Shown: positions 25,034 through 38,855, numbered from the whole stretch's first letter. The stretch: 63,778 nt of DNA, filler included, from Octopus bimaculoides (GCF_001194135.2; 7 parts of 7 records of this genome joined end to end with filler, not necessarily neighbours in it), one strand, 5' to 3'. Made by a program: numbers and translations. The notes: a model not told the origin generated them from the sequence alone.

Positions 25034-25593
25034 CACTCTAGTTTTTTCAATGTATTTACACATTCTTCTATTTGTCTCCTTTCTTCTTAATGTACTTGGT
25101 CCAGTGGTCCAATAACTTGCGTATTCCCTCCAAGAAGAAGGCTTTGGGTTGGTCATGCAACCATTTTTGCACCGCTTCCGTCACATCTTCATCCGTAGGA
25201 AATCAACGGACGTCGTAAACCATCTTTGAGCGGTCTAAAGATATGATCGGAAGCGGCGAGATCTGGGTTGTAGACAGGATGTTCCAGCACCTCAAAACCC
25301 AATTGGTTAATGGCTTCAACGGTTTGGGCGGCCGTGTGTGGTTGTGCATTGTTATTCAAAAACAAAACTTTCTTCGACAAAAGGCTTCGTTGTTTGTTAC
25401 CAATTGGTGGCTCCAGTTTGTTGGTCAGCAAATCACTGTATCTTGCTCTGTGAAACCCAGAATTAAAAACGCTCAAACATCGATCACGTGACCACAATAG
25501 TACCAATTACAAGCATGCACGCGCAGAAGGCAGTGTGAGAATAAGAAAGATATGTTATGGCGGAAGTGAGATAAGTTTTGACTTACCATCGTA
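25034..25593 (-). mobile_element. Internally deleted mariner element
   Basis: TIR tacgatggtaagtcaaaac at 25593; VLFLNNNAQPHTAAQT..LEHPVYNPDLAASDHIF (degenerate HDNARPH and HPPYSPDLAPSD motifs); C-terminal TDEDVTEAVQKWL..EGIRKLLDHW. Confidence 0.85.
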
Positions 25594-26589
25594 GATTCTC
25601 ACCTGATTCATTAATCTTCCATTCCCCTGTTTCAGAGCCTGTTTTTTCCAGGTCAAACAAACCTATGGAATTAATAATATATTGTAATCCTCGTATCCAG
25701 ACATTTTGATATTTGAATCTGACCACATCATATTCTTGCACTTTTCCATATAGCAACGCCGGATTTCATATAATCCAGTAATACTCTCGTGCTGTTTACT
25801 TTGTCACGTGCTCATGAAAGCAATGTGTATATTTATAACTTCATTCATACATCCCAGCGAGAAATATAGATCTATGTCGATGGCAAAAGATGTATAGGAT
25901 ATGTATACTTACTTAAATACATGAACATTGATTTTGTTTTTCACATTGTTATTCGACATCAGCTTGTTTTGCATTATTATATACATTATTAGCTCTAAAA
26001 TTTGATTTTCTATATTTCATTGACCAATTTGCTAACATCTTACGAAAATGAAGAAATTTTGTCGTTATAACTATATAATATTTATGTCTATCGTTATAGT
26101 CGTTTCTCATGATTATACATATTTTTTCAATATTTATCTCCTTCAGCATAACGGCTTAAGTCGCAACATACATAGTTAAAAGAATATAGAATATGAAATT
26201 AGTTTTATTTATATTGGCATAGTTTTCTGAATCTCTTTTCCACAACTTTTTTCTCTCCCTTAAAAGTATACACGGATACGTAGTCTGTTAAACAGTAACA
26301 GCTGCTAAAATACAAACAAAATTCAAGTCTTGGAGATTCTGCATGCGAATGTCATGTGCGTGTAAGTCCAGGTTACCTTCAAAAGAGATACAGACTGTAA
26401 AAATAAATACTGATACCCAGATAAAAAATTTTATAAATAAAACGACTAATTTCCATACCGGTTTTCTTTACTATCAGAATGTATATAAAACATTACAAAT
26501 TGAATAAATCCAAAATCATATGGTCTCTCTCATTTTCTGTATTGAGACCAAGATTGCGTATACAATTTATAATAACCAATATTGAAGAA

Positions 26590-26880
26590 GCAGTTGGCAC
26601 TAAACTAGCAGATTCATTAGCCCGCCAGACAAAACGCTTAGCACATTTCGTCCATCTTTACTGTCTGAGTTCAAACTCTGCCAGGGTTGACATTGCCTTG
26701 TCTCCTTTAAAGACAGAGGGCTGGCAAAATGATTAACACATTCCGTTCTTCTTCACTTTCTTGGTTCAAACGTTGCTGGGATTGAATTTACCTTTCATCC
26801 TTAAAGGGTAGCAGAATTCCACCGAGATCAATTTTGCGTTTAATCCTTCCGAAGTCGATAAAATAAGTGCCAATTCAGGA
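26590..26880 (+). mobile_element. SINE family B with stuttered partial copies of the central domain
   Basis: ctgagttcaaactc..gttgacattgcctt, then two more attgaatttacctttcatcc / atcaattttgcgtttaatcc segments. Confidence 0.6.
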
Positions 26881-27109
26881 CTTACGCTCTGCTCTGAACT
26901 TACTTCCCTATGATAAAATTTGAACGAACATGCAGAAACATTTTTTTTTAATGATGTAGAATAAATATATGATATTATATTAATTGAAATTTAATTGAAC
27001 AAATATGACGCTCTGAATCACACGAGAAATTAAAGACATACAACTTTGAACAATTGTATTGCTTCCCTCCCATACATTAAAGAATGTTTACTGAGTCAGC
27101 AAACCGTTT

Positions 27110-27155
<46 letters not shown>

Positions 27156-27608
27156 NNNNNNNNNNNNNNNNNNNNNNNNNNNNNNNNNNNNNNNNNNNNN
27201 NNNNNNNNNNNNNNNNNNNNNNNNNNNNNNNNNNNNNNNNNNNNNNNNNNNNNNNNNNNNNNNNNNNNNNNNNNNNNNNNNNNNNNNNNNNNNNNNNNNN
27301 NNNNNNNNNNNNNNNNNNNNNNNNNNNNNNNNNNNNNNNNNNNNNNNNNNNNNNNNNNNNNNNNNNNNNNNNNNNNNNNNNNNNNNNNNNNNNNNNNNNN
27401 NNNNNNNNNNNNNNNNNNNNNNNNNNNNNNNNNNNNNNNNNNNNNNNNNNNNNNNNNNNNNNNNNNNNNNNNNNNNNNNNNNNNNNNNNNNNNNNNNNNN
27501 NNNNNNNNNNNNNNNNNNNNNNNNNNNNNNNNNNNNNNNNNNNNNNNNNNNNNNNNNNNNNNNNNNNNNNNNNNNNNGGAGAGTAGAGAGAGAGAGAGAG
27601 AGAGAGAG

Positions 27609-27661
<53 letters not shown>

Positions 27662-27718
27662 GGCAGATAGATAGATAGATAGATAGATAGATACACACAC
27701 ATACGCACATATATACAT

Positions 27719-27767
<49 letters not shown>

Positions 27768-28059
27768 TGTGTGTACAACCTTATATTAGTTTCATTAGTT
27801 TCATTCAACAGACTTGCGGTCATTCTGATATATGTTGTTTAATAATGTAGGAGATTAAATGGATACAGAATTGTATGGAGTCTAGTACTTGTATTGTTTT
27901 TTTTCTTTCTTTCTTTCTTGTCTTTGTTTTAGTCATTTGTTAAAACGGCAACTGGAAGCCTACTTGGAAGTCACCCTATCGCTACACAATTCGACAAACA
28001 ACAATTAGGTGCAAATAGGTCAGCCGAAAAGGAGTATATCCATGAAAATGGTGCTTTGA

Positions 28060-28400
28060 CGTAGACTTCCTATTACAGTGATATAGTAGCAAAAATTGGG
28101 ATTTCTGAAAAACTATTATATGCTGATCTCTTGCACACTACACCAGAACTATGAAGAAGAAATTGGTTTCATTCACCCTTCCAATGAATGTAAACATCAA
28201 CCAAGTCAAGGGCTTTTATTTCAATCAAAACTCCATTTTCCACTTATGGAGAAAATTTAAGAAACTGACAACATTAATGATGTTAAAGTCAGCTATACTT
28301 GTCTCAATAACATTCGTTGGCGTAATTAAAAACGAAAAACCAGACTACTCTAATATCATCAACCAAATTGCTACTACAAATTGCTACTACAAATTGCTAC
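28060..28400 (+). mobile_element. Decayed Penelope-like RT/linker fragment
   Basis: KKKLVSFTLPMNVNINQVKGF and, frameshifted, HFPLMEK..NINDVKVSYTCLNNI, resembling the PLE WFNPPF..HFP..NxxKVSYSC motifs. Confidence 0.55.
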
Positions 28401-29355
28401 TCTTTTGTATTTACATATCTACAAGTGTTTTAGTTACGGTTGCAGAAGGTCTGGAATTATTGTCTATGCATGAAGTTTCATTTTCGCGTGTGTGTGTGTT
28501 TGCGTGTGTGTGTGCGTATTTGTGTGTGTGTGTGTGTATGTGTGTGTATGTGTGTGTGTATGTGTGTGTGTATGTGTGTGTGTGTGTGTGTGTGTATTCA
28601 TTAGGGTTATTTTTGTCTGTGCTTAAATCTAGTATATATCTAAAAATATTTATATTAAAAAAATGAGATATCTATATAGAATTATATGTGTTAATGACAC
28701 TTGTAAAGAAGATGATTTTAGAATTTAATTAGAAATACACTGCTTCTGTTCTTCGCACAATCTACGCAGAATATTCTACTCCTATCGGTGCCCAGGTGTT
28801 TGATAGAAGCCTATGTATTCAGTTACTGAATTATCAATAATTCCGGACTTTCTTAAATCTCTCCAAGCCGTCGTTGTTCATGATATATGAGATTGTATTG
28901 GGTCTCTAAATAGTGTTTGTAATATAATGTTCAAAGGTCGAACCAACAAAGTGAATGTTCATGTGTTGAAATAATTTTGTTGTTATTTAGCCTCAAATCA
29001 ATCCAGATACAGCAAACCTATGTTGCTATAAAAACATCTCTGGTTATTAAAGAAAGGTCTTTTTGCGGGGAGTGGACCCAGACGTTGTTCGAAAACAGCA
29101 GCAGTAATTTTCGTCAGCTGAATACACGTCATTGATTGGTTAAAATTACCCAAATACGATAAATTTAACACGAAATAACTTCTAAAATACAAAATTTAGT
29201 CAATAATGCTTAAATGTTTCAATGTGTTTAGTTAAAAATCTTTATTTTAATCTGGCCATCAATTTGAAAAGATCTCAAGTGTCTTCTACCATAGTTTCGG
29301 GCTGATCACTGCCATGTAAGTGGATTTAGTAGAGAGAAATTGAATGAAACCCATC

Positions 29356-29393
<38 letters not shown>

Positions 29394-29878
29394 NNNNNNN
29401 NNNNNNNNNNNNNNNNNNNNNNNNNNNNNNNNNNNNNNNNNNNNNNNNNNNNNNNNNNNNNNNNNNNNNNNNNNNNNNNNNNNNNNNNNNNNNNNNNNNN
29501 NNNNNNNNNNNNNNNNNNNNNNNNNNNNNNNNNNNNNNNNNNNNNNNNNNNNNNNNNNNNNNNNNNNNNNNNNNNNNNNNNNNNNNNNNNNNNNNNNNNN
29601 NNNNNNNNNNNNNNNNNNNNNNNNNNNNNNNNNNNNNNNNNNNNNNNNNNNNNNNNNNNNNNNNNNNNNNNNNNNNNNNNNNNNNNNNNNNNNNNNNNNN
29701 NNNNNNNNNNNNNNNNNNNNNNNNNNNNNNNNNNNNNNNNNNNNNNNNNNNNNNNNNNNNNNNNNNNNNNNNNNNNNNNNNNNNNNNNNNNNNNNNNNNN
29801 NNNNNNNNNNNNNNNNNNNNNNNNNNNNNNNNNNNNNNNNNNNNNNNNNNNNNNNNNNNTCTCTCTCTCTCTCTCTCG

Positions 29879-29937
<59 letters not shown>

Positions 29938-30485
29938 TCTCTCTCTATCTCAGTGCTTTGTAATTGGTGTCGCTAAAGACTGACCACATGGTTGAACGGA
30001 TTTGACTGTTTGACCTCAGTCTAAAAATAAAAACCGTTTCAAAATTCTTTGTCGGTCAGATCGGTTCTGCGATTTAGGCTACTAAGAACCAAAGTTTTGC
30101 CAACGGAATAAAATTGTGTGTTTTATCTTTGGTATTTAATGTTTATTGTTACGTTGCTCACCTTTTTGTTTTTAATTGTTTGTCCCAGGTTAGAATTTCT
30201 CCCCTTTGAACAGGATCTTTCGTTGCTTCGTTGATTTATTAAGATTATTTTCTTACGCAAGACACACGCGTGCGCACACACACGAAATAGAAAACGAAGT
30301 GAAGTAGGCTAAATCCGTAGCTACACCCAACGTATCGAACTATTCACAACTGTCAGCTATTTTACGTTATGCTTCAAAAGATTATGTTACTAAAGAACTA
30401 TCTATTGGTTTTACTGTTATTAGTGCAGATCGATCATCAAATGCTTTATCTCAGTAGTTCCCAATATTTTCACAATGGTTCCCAA

Positions 30486-31000
30486 CAGTGGTTCCTAACC
30501 CTTTTATTTAAATGAGTTTTCCCATTGACCCCTGTTAATGCCAATCCTTAACTATATATATATATATATNNNNNNNNNNNNNNNNNNNNNNNNNNNNNNN
30601 NNNNNNNNNNNNNNNNNNNNNNNNNNNNNNNNNNNNNNNNNNNNNNNNNNNNNNNNNNNNNNNNNNNNNNNNNNNNNNNNNNNNNNNNNNNNNNNNNNNN
30701 NNNNNNNNNNNNNNNNNNNNNNNNNNNNNNNNNNNNNNNNNNNNNNNNNNNNNNNNNNNNNNNNNNNNNNNNNNNNNNNNNNNNNNNNNNNNNNNNNNNN
30801 NNNNNNNNNNNNNNNNNNNNNNNNNNNNNNNNNNNNNNNNNNNNNNNNNNNNNNNNNNNNNNNNNNNNNNNNNNNNNNNNNNNNNNNNNNNNNNNNNNNN
30901 NNNNNNNNNNNNNNNNNNNNNNNNNNNNNNNNNNNNNNNNNNNNNNTTAGTTCACGAACCCCCAGTGCTACTTTTGCGGGCCTCAGGTTGGGAACGACTG
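30486..31000. mobile_element. Charlie-like hAT MITE spanning a gap
   Basis: TIRs cagtggttcctaacc (30486) and ggttgggaacgactg (31000). Confidence 0.55.
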
Positions 31001-31069
31001 CATTATTTGAACATGTTTTTTTATGTGCATTGAAACGTGAAAGTGTTGGAAAAAAAAATAATTTCATAA

Positions 31070-32200
31070 ACTTACAATGGTGACGCTACAATGACAGGAA
31101 AATTAGAAGGGTGGCAGTGAAAAGTATGAGAAAAATATAAATGTACGATCTGTGTTCATTGTCCTAAATTTAGTTGTCTCGCTGGCATGCTCTGCTATAA
31201 AAGAATGCAAGATATTTTTATTACCATAAATGGACAGGGTACATTTTTTACGAAATCACCTAAAAGGTTTAATGCGTTAGATAACATGGTTCAAAAAAGA
31301 TTTCCGAAAGCTACAGATGGAACTTCACCACACGCCTTGTTCTTACGATAAAAGAAAATTGTAATTTCATAATCAGCCTTTTTGAAGAGTTCATTCAAAA
31401 CCTTGAAGTATGGGATGAGGCCATAAATTCTGCTATTGCATTCTAAAAGCTTCTGATTTCTTATTAAAAGTATTTAGTGACATATTCTCTTTTATTGATG
31501 TCTTATTTAACATCCTTCAAACTAAGTCATGTCATAGAATATTTTAAAGATTAAATAGATAAAATTAGAATCGTGCTCGAATATTAATTCGATATTTCAA
31601 TACTTTATGATATGTTAGGGGGAAGAATTGAATCGATGCAACAATCGAAATTAAATGATCCAGGAATAAATCTATTGATCCCCAACATTATAGAATGCTC
31701 TATATCAAAATTATTGACACATTAATTGATCAATTAAAAACGCAATATTCATCTTTAGAAGAACTTAAATTCATAGAACTTTCCAGTTTCAGCAAAAGTG
31801 AGGAATATCACAAAAAATTTCCTGTGGATACTTTAGATTCTTTAAATACTACTTATGGTAGGTTTTGGGTCTTTTTTTTTTTTCTTTTGACATTGTATGA
31901 TTACAGAGTAAACTAAATGTTTTGTATTCTACACAAGATTTTAAAAAGCAAAACGTGAATAATTTCATACATTACATTTACATCAATGATCTGATTGAAG
32001 CTAAGCTAGAACTCTCCAATCTTTGCAACCTTATTTTGACAATTGATTAAACCAGAGGATTTCTGTGACAATGTAATAAATATATTTGCCCTGAAAAATC
32101 GAAAAACTTAATTAAATTATAAATGAGATATGTAAATGATCATTTTTTGGACATTTTAAAATAAAATTTTGAACGCATTAAAACAGCAAATATCATGGCC
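31070..32200 (+). pseudogene. Decayed hAT (Tip100/ZMYM1-like) transposase
   Basis: YNGDATMTG (YDGA..MSG), KSPKR, RWNFTTRLV, FLLKVFSDIF..VLFNILQ, IIDTLIDQLK, LCNLILTI; multiple stops and frameshifts. Confidence 0.7.
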
Positions 32201-32267
32201 ATGTTACGAAACTAATTTGGTTCTTTTAAATTAACAACTTTAAAAATGAATCAGCTCAACCAATAAA

Positions 32268-33507
32268 TACAAGAATGGGTTGAAAATTTCATAGGCTGAC
32301 TATGAAGAAGTGATGCTAGAAATCTTGTATGCATTCATTTCAGCTATATATTAACAACTGTATTGTTTTTTTTGTTTTTTTCAGGTAAACTAACATCCGG
32401 CTATTCAATGAAGACTCCAAAAGTAACTAGTAACAGTTTTCCACAAAAATAGATAAAATTTTGCACCGTGGTGTTATCACGTACCTTCCAAAAAAGGCTT
32501 TAGTGCCCAAAGACGTGCATGCTGACATGGTTACTACATTACACGATGACGTTCCAGCTTTATCCACAGTGCAAAATTGGGCAACTGAATTTAGGAGAGG
32601 AAGGGAAAGAGGATGACCCAATGTCTGGACGACACATAACTACCATCACCGAGAAAAACAGCGATCGTGTTCACCACATGTCGAAAGATAATAGGGGAAT
32701 GACTATAAGACAAATTGTCAATGTTTTTAGCATATCTCGGGAGAGAGTTGACAATATTTCGCACAATAAACGTGGTATAACGAAAGTTCATGCTCCATGA
32801 ATGCCAAGACGTCTGACACCTGATCAAAAGCGCACCAATCTGATGACATGACGGGAAAATTTGACATTGTTTGAGGCAGATCCAGCTGGTCTTCTAGAAG
32901 GTATCCTAACCCATGAAGAATAAGCTAGAGCTAATCCATGCAACGGAAGTACTCGTCCTCACCCGCCCGAAAGAAAAGCAACGTCGTTTCATCTGCAGGG
33001 ATGGTGATGGCCTCGCTTATTTGGTGTGCAAAGGGTTTTGTGTTAGTTGACTGTCTTCAAAAGGGCCATATCGATCGAGTATACAAGCCGATATGCTAAG
33101 GGGGCTACCAAACGCCCAGGAAAGCTGACAAAATGGAGACGTCTTTCGTTAAAGCAATGCTACAACACACATGCGCTTGGTTTCAATGAGAGCTATGCAT
33201 GGCTGTTGATTTGAACTAGTTGAATACCGTCCCAATTCTCCTCCATCGGGAATATCATCTGTTCGGCAACATGGAATACCTATGGCTGGGAGCCAGTATC
33301 GCAGTGATGATGACGTCATACCTACTACCGATAATTTTTTTAGACAAACAGGATGAAAGCTTCTTCACGAATGGGATCAAGCATTACAACACTAATGGAA
33401 GAAGTGTGTGGACTTCAAGTGGGGTTTATGTTGAAAAATTGTCCTCATTTGGTCACATTTCATGAAACAATTTTGGTCAGCCTGTAACTTTTCAATCCAG
33501 CCTCGTA
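32268..33507 (+). mobile_element. Full-length but decayed mariner transposon (~1.24 kb)
   Basis: TA-flanked imperfect TIRs (caagaatgggttgaaaatttcataggctgac / gtcagcctgtaacttttcaatccagcctcg); STVQNWATEF, EDDPMSGR, MTIRQI, MPRRLT and EYHLFGN remnants. Confidence 0.9.
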
Positions 33508-33706
33508 TTCATTGTATGACCAACCTCAAAAGGACGACAGTGATATATNNNNNNNNNNGGGGGGGGGGGGTGTATGTGTATATGTATGTATGTATATGTT
33601 TATATATATATGTATATATATATGTATGCATATATTAGGTGTGTGTGTGTGTGAGTGTGTATGTTTGAATGTGTGTGTGCATGCGTGTGTGCGTGTGGAC
33701 ACGCAC

Positions 33707-33742
<36 letters not shown>

Positions 33743-34334
33743 ACGTATGAAATGCGTAAGTCGAATATATAATATAATATGCTTAGTATACTTATAAGTC
33801 TAAATTCACGTAGTTCTAGATTACTAAATAAGCAATGTTATGCCCCGGATGTGTAGAAGGAAGACATAAAATTATGTTTTAAAATGTATATATTTAAAGT
33901 AATGGGGGAAATACGCATTTGCGATAAGACTTTACATAATTCCTTCTTTTATTTTATAATCTCCATGTAAATATATATCTGAAGCCAAACTATGTTTCTC
34001 CACCTTAGTACTTCCATAGCAGCTAGATAAGGATGGCTCTTAAAGCTAATTTTCGATGTCGATGCGCTGTGCCTGACTAAAAACGTTCGAGTTCATATTC
34101 ATTTGAGTACTACTCTGTGCTATATATACTGAGCTCATTTTGCTTTCACCTTCCTAATCTGTATTCTCCCCTCTACCGAGACCATCTTATAGTTGGCATG
34201 TAATGTGGATGTTATCAGAAGATTGTAACACCTCGTCGAATCACAACTAATACTGTAGCTAAATAGATACTCTTTTTCTCATAGATACGCTTTATTTCAT
34301 AATACATATCACACACACACACACAGATTCTTAC

Positions 34335-34409
<75 letters not shown>

Positions 34410-35126
34410 AGTAGGTAGGGAGGGAGGGAGTGAGGTACCTCGGTAGCTAGGTAGCTATATATGTATATATGTATGTATGTAAGTAGGTACGTACGTAGAT
34501 AGGTAGGTAGGTAGGTCGGTACCTAGCTAGCTAGCTAGATATGTATGTGTGTATGCATGTATGTACATGCCTGTATGAATGTGTTCGGTCTTCATAAAAA
34601 AGTATTCACGTTAGTGAGTACCGTGTATACATCTTTTTTAATGATCTGTTGATTGCATAGATCACTTCAAATTCCTGCCAGTTTTAATATATTCTTTTAC
34701 TGCATTTTTATATATCTTTCATCAGCATATTCTTGGTATTACGACACTTCATTACTAGCGCCATCATTGATTGTATTCCATCGATCTTGTATTATTTATG
34801 TAAATTTCCCCCTGAGTTCCATTGTTCTATTTGCTGAAGACTTAACCACAACTATCCCTGCTTATTAGGACACTATATTCTTATCAATCATTTTGTATAC
34901 GACTTATGTATTGAAATCCAATATGCATGAATCATAGTATATGTGTGTGTTGATTATATATGTGTGTACATATATATNNNNNNNNNNNNNNNNNNNNNNN
35001 NNNNNNNNNNNNNNNNNNNNNNNNNNNNNNNNNNNNNNNNNNNNNNNNNNNNNNNNNNNNNNNNNNNNNNNNNNNNNNNNNNNNNNNNNNNNNNNNNNNN
35101 NNNNNNNNNNNNNNNNNNNNNNNNNN

Positions 35127-35280
35127 TATTTCGGGATAGTTATTTTCTTTGCCAAATAAACACACGCACTATATATTCATTTTTCACTGGTTTTTTACTG
35201 TTCGTATTCTAACTCATGTCTATTATTCGGAAATATTTCGTCACACATCTGTGACCTCTTCAGCGACAGTTTCTGACTTC
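35127..35280 (-). mobile_element. PLE-type terminal-repeat fragment carrying a hammerhead
   Basis: Homologous to 5215-5359 (gaatatatagtgc..atttggcaaa..atcccgaaata tail). Ends at a gap with (TA)n on its far side. Confidence 0.6.
35212..35280 (-). ncRNA. Minimal type I hammerhead ribozyme with an intact catalytic core
   Basis: Minus strand: gtcagaaactgtcg-CTGAAGA-g-GTCACA gatg TGTGAC-GAAA-tatt-TC-cgaataatagac. 6-bp stem II, UC cleavage site, 3-bp proximal stem I, minimal stem III. Confidence 0.6.
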
Positions 35281-35904
35281 GTGTATGTGTGGGGGGTATA
35301 TGTGTGTGTGTGTTTATGTGCACGAATGTATGCATAGCTACAAGCATAGGTGTGTTGGTAAATATTTCGCTTCAAAACCTGTGCGTATGGACATCATTCT
35401 ATGACGAAACACTTGGTTTATTTTTTTTCTACTAGAGACATGCCATGATTTATATGAACGAAATGTAGTAGATGAAACGTATTCAATTGCATATAAACAT
35501 ATTTCTATTCAGGTGTAAGTGTGTATATGATTATATGTGAATGTGTTTGGATGCTTATACCAGTGTGAGAAACGAATTGATATATTGGAATACATTAACG
35601 TCCTTTAAATCCGTCCGAATTATTTTCCCCTCTTCAATGGACACTTTACTCTTTCTTTCATATGACAATAATTAGATAAACACTATGAATGCTATGTGTG
35701 ACGATACAATCGATTAAAATCCGTGATACCCCAAGCCAATAACGAAAATCACTAAAAGAAGAAAAGGTGAATGAAAATGTGGAATGACTTAATCCGAAAC
35801 CTCTGATACCTTCCTTATCTCATGTAAAACTATCTTGAGTCCCAAGGCATCCCAACCATGATTTGGTAGTCTTCGTATCAAAGCTGATCCATCCAATTAT
35901 GCCG

Positions 35905-35948
<44 letters not shown>

Positions 35949-36831
35949 TACATTCCATATTGAAATGTAGTCTTCGTTTTGTATACTTTTCTTGCTAGGA
36001 AAATTGAAAGACACGTTCGTTTAGTTGTGATGCGTATAGCATAAATATACTGTTAGAAAATATATAATCTTACATTAAATCACATCTCAACAAGATAGCA
36101 ATTGATAAAAAGAGACAAGTTTTCGACTATCCTGAAGACATTTTACCGCTAATGAATGTGTCCAAAGGCAACAGAAATAAAGTTGTGAAAATAATTGAAA
36201 ACTCGTGATGATACTGTATTTAGACTGTGTAGTTAAGTTACTTGAAATCCTACTGCATAACCCAATTATAATATTAAAAATGCAGTATGCCTTTAGAAAT
36301 GATACGCAGTTTTCTTCTATTGAAATTATATCCTACATTTTTGACTTTCACTCTCAACTGGATTGACGTTACTTTACATGACTGCAAGACATACCAAATA
36401 TTAGTGCAAGTATGACTGCAGAATTAATAACGTACGCACCTATTCTTAATGAGGAGTTGCTACTAAGTTTACTCATGGTTTAATGTATAAGTAGTTTGTA
36501 TTTAGAGGAAGGTGTTCTAGATATTACTTTTTTATATACCAACTTAATCAGGTAGAATGTTTTTTTTTTTTTTAGATAGTAGTTACTTTAATATCATTTT
36601 GCACTTGTGATCTCCAAACTGTTGATGTTCAAGTAAAGAGTAAACAGGCTATGGTATGAAAGAAAAAGAAATGTATTTTCAAAGCATGAATATTTAATTT
36701 AGGAGTAAAATCAATATAAACAGTACGATGTAAATTTGAGTTTGACTAAGCGCGAATCTTCCTATTATAAAAGCTGTTAGATAACTACTCGATGCAACTT
36801 TCTTAATCTCTCTCTCCCCAACCTCACTGTA

Positions 36832-36949
<118 letters not shown>

Positions 36950-36961
36950 CATACATACATA

Positions 36962-36993
<32 letters not shown>

Positions 36994-37954
36994 TTATTTA
37001 TTTATGTGTGTACATATATATACATACCTACATATATATGTTTGTCTGTCTATGTGCCCCGAACTATAGCTCTTCTTACCCCTTCCTCTCTTTAAATATG
37101 TGCACATATGTGCGTGTGTGCTGTGGTGTATGTTTATACATGAATATACATAGATTTCATTAAATATGCCTGTACATAAGACCATAACTACTTACACTCG
37201 CTTACACATAAACATACACGACTTCTTATCAACCATAAAATATCAGATTAAAGCGGTACCGAAATGAAATTTTGTAACGTTCAGAACTTATCATTTGTGT
37301 TTAGATATGGTAAACAATTTCGAGAATAAATATAAGGTTTGTATCTACGAAAGAAAGAATACATAACATTTTCATTATCATATACTTCATTATCATCATT
37401 AGCATTATGAATAGCAATTAAAAAAAATAGCACCATTCTAGAATTTCTACGAAAGTTTAATCACACCAGATAACGCTAAAATCAGATATACTTACAAATA
37501 TCAGGAACGTTAATAATATAGACGACAGCGTGCAATTTAGAGTGAGTTACCCGCTACGTCAAATGCTAACAATGATAAGCAAGACTCTCTTGTCGGTTAT
37601 TTCTTTTATCAACTTCTGAACGATAAATGGCAAAGTCAGTCCTGTGGGGATTTCAAATCAGGTTGTAAGCGGAAGTAAATGCTATAAGAGTATTGGTCCC
37701 AACACCTTCGATTCTGTCAATGATAATAATAAATACTAGGTTTCAATGTACTGATAGTCTTCAGACAGTCTTCACTGTACTGCAGAAATTTTAAATTATG
37801 CCATGAATATGCCAAGGAATGTTTATATTTAAAGTAAAACCGCAAACAATGCATACGAGCGTCTATAAACAACCGACTTTAATTAATATTAATTATTTCT
37901 AACAATATCAAAAATAGTTTAAATATCTCCAATAAGAATACTAATCCAATCTAC

Positions 37955-38155
37955 GATAGACACAAGGCCTGAAATGTTGTGGGAATCGGTCTAGTCGATT
38001 ATATCGAACTCAGTGTTTAACCAGTGCTTATTTAATCGACTTCGAAAAGATGAGTGGCAATTCCTCGGCAGAATTTGAACACAGAACGTAAAAACCGACG
38101 AAATGCTGCTAAGCACTTTGCCCGGAATGCTAACAAGCCTACCGGCTCGCCACCT
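37955..38155 (-). mobile_element. SINE family B
   Basis: Reverse complement of the family B head and body. Confidence 0.75.
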
Positions 38156-38215
38156 TGTTGATGATGATGATGATGATAATAATAATAATGATAATAATGA
38201 TAATAATAATAATAA

Positions 38216-38477
38216 TATTCCCTAATGAGCAAAAGGGATGTAAACGTGGATCTTATGGTTGTAAAGATCAGCTACTCATGAATAAGATGATCTTAGAAGA
38301 TTGTCACAAGCGCCAGAAAAACTTGTCAATAGCCTGGATAGGCTATAAAAAAGGCCTTTAATAGCTTACCACATAGCTGGATTAGGAAATGTCTGGAAAT
38401 GTATAAAATAGCTCCTACTCTGCGTAACTTTTAATCTGTAAGTATGAGATCATGGAGAACCACACTGATGTTGAACA
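38216..38477 (+). mobile_element. R4/Dong-clade LINE RT fragment starting at a (TAA)n tract
   Basis: [45 protein letters not shown] then, frameshifted, [17 protein letters not shown] (RT domains 2-3). Cut by the scaffold spacer. Confidence 0.85.
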
Positions 38478-38577
38478 NNNNNNNNNNNNNNNNNNNNNNN
38501 NNNNNNNNNNNNNNNNNNNNNTTAATTAATTAANNNNNNNNNNNNNNNNNNNNNNNNNNNNNNNNNNNNNNNNNNNN
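38478..38577. other. Artificial 100-bp scaffold spacer
   Basis: Same 44N-12-44N layout. Confidence 0.95.
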
Positions 38578-38612
38578 TATCTATATATATATATATAAAT
38601 ATATTATTGTTT

Positions 38613-38855
38613 CTGAGGAGAGTCATTTTCTTTTAGTGCCTTATTAATTTAACACACTCACCGGTTCGATTTCTACTCATTTATTTATTTATAGTAAAAA
38701 TAGATAAATAAATAGGTAAATGAGTGAAAATCAGTCCGGTGAGTGTGTTAAATTAATAAGGCACTAAAAAAGAATGACTCTCCCCAGACCTAATAAACTA
38801 TGCTTCAACACACGAATTCACCTAAAGTATCTTGCAAACCAAATACAAAAACGAT
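38613..38855 (+). mobile_element. PLE-type tail with an inverted partial copy (~175-bp hairpin)
   Basis: ggagagtcattttc..aacacactcaccgg inverted against ccggtgagtgtgtt..gaatgactctcccc; then caaaccaaatacaaaaacga+(TA)n, the same tail as 10591-10719. Confidence 0.65.

Noticed and set aside
28151-28666. 171-aa plus-strand ORF as a host gene
   Set aside because: It is a frameshifted Penelope-like relic running into a (GT)n tract.
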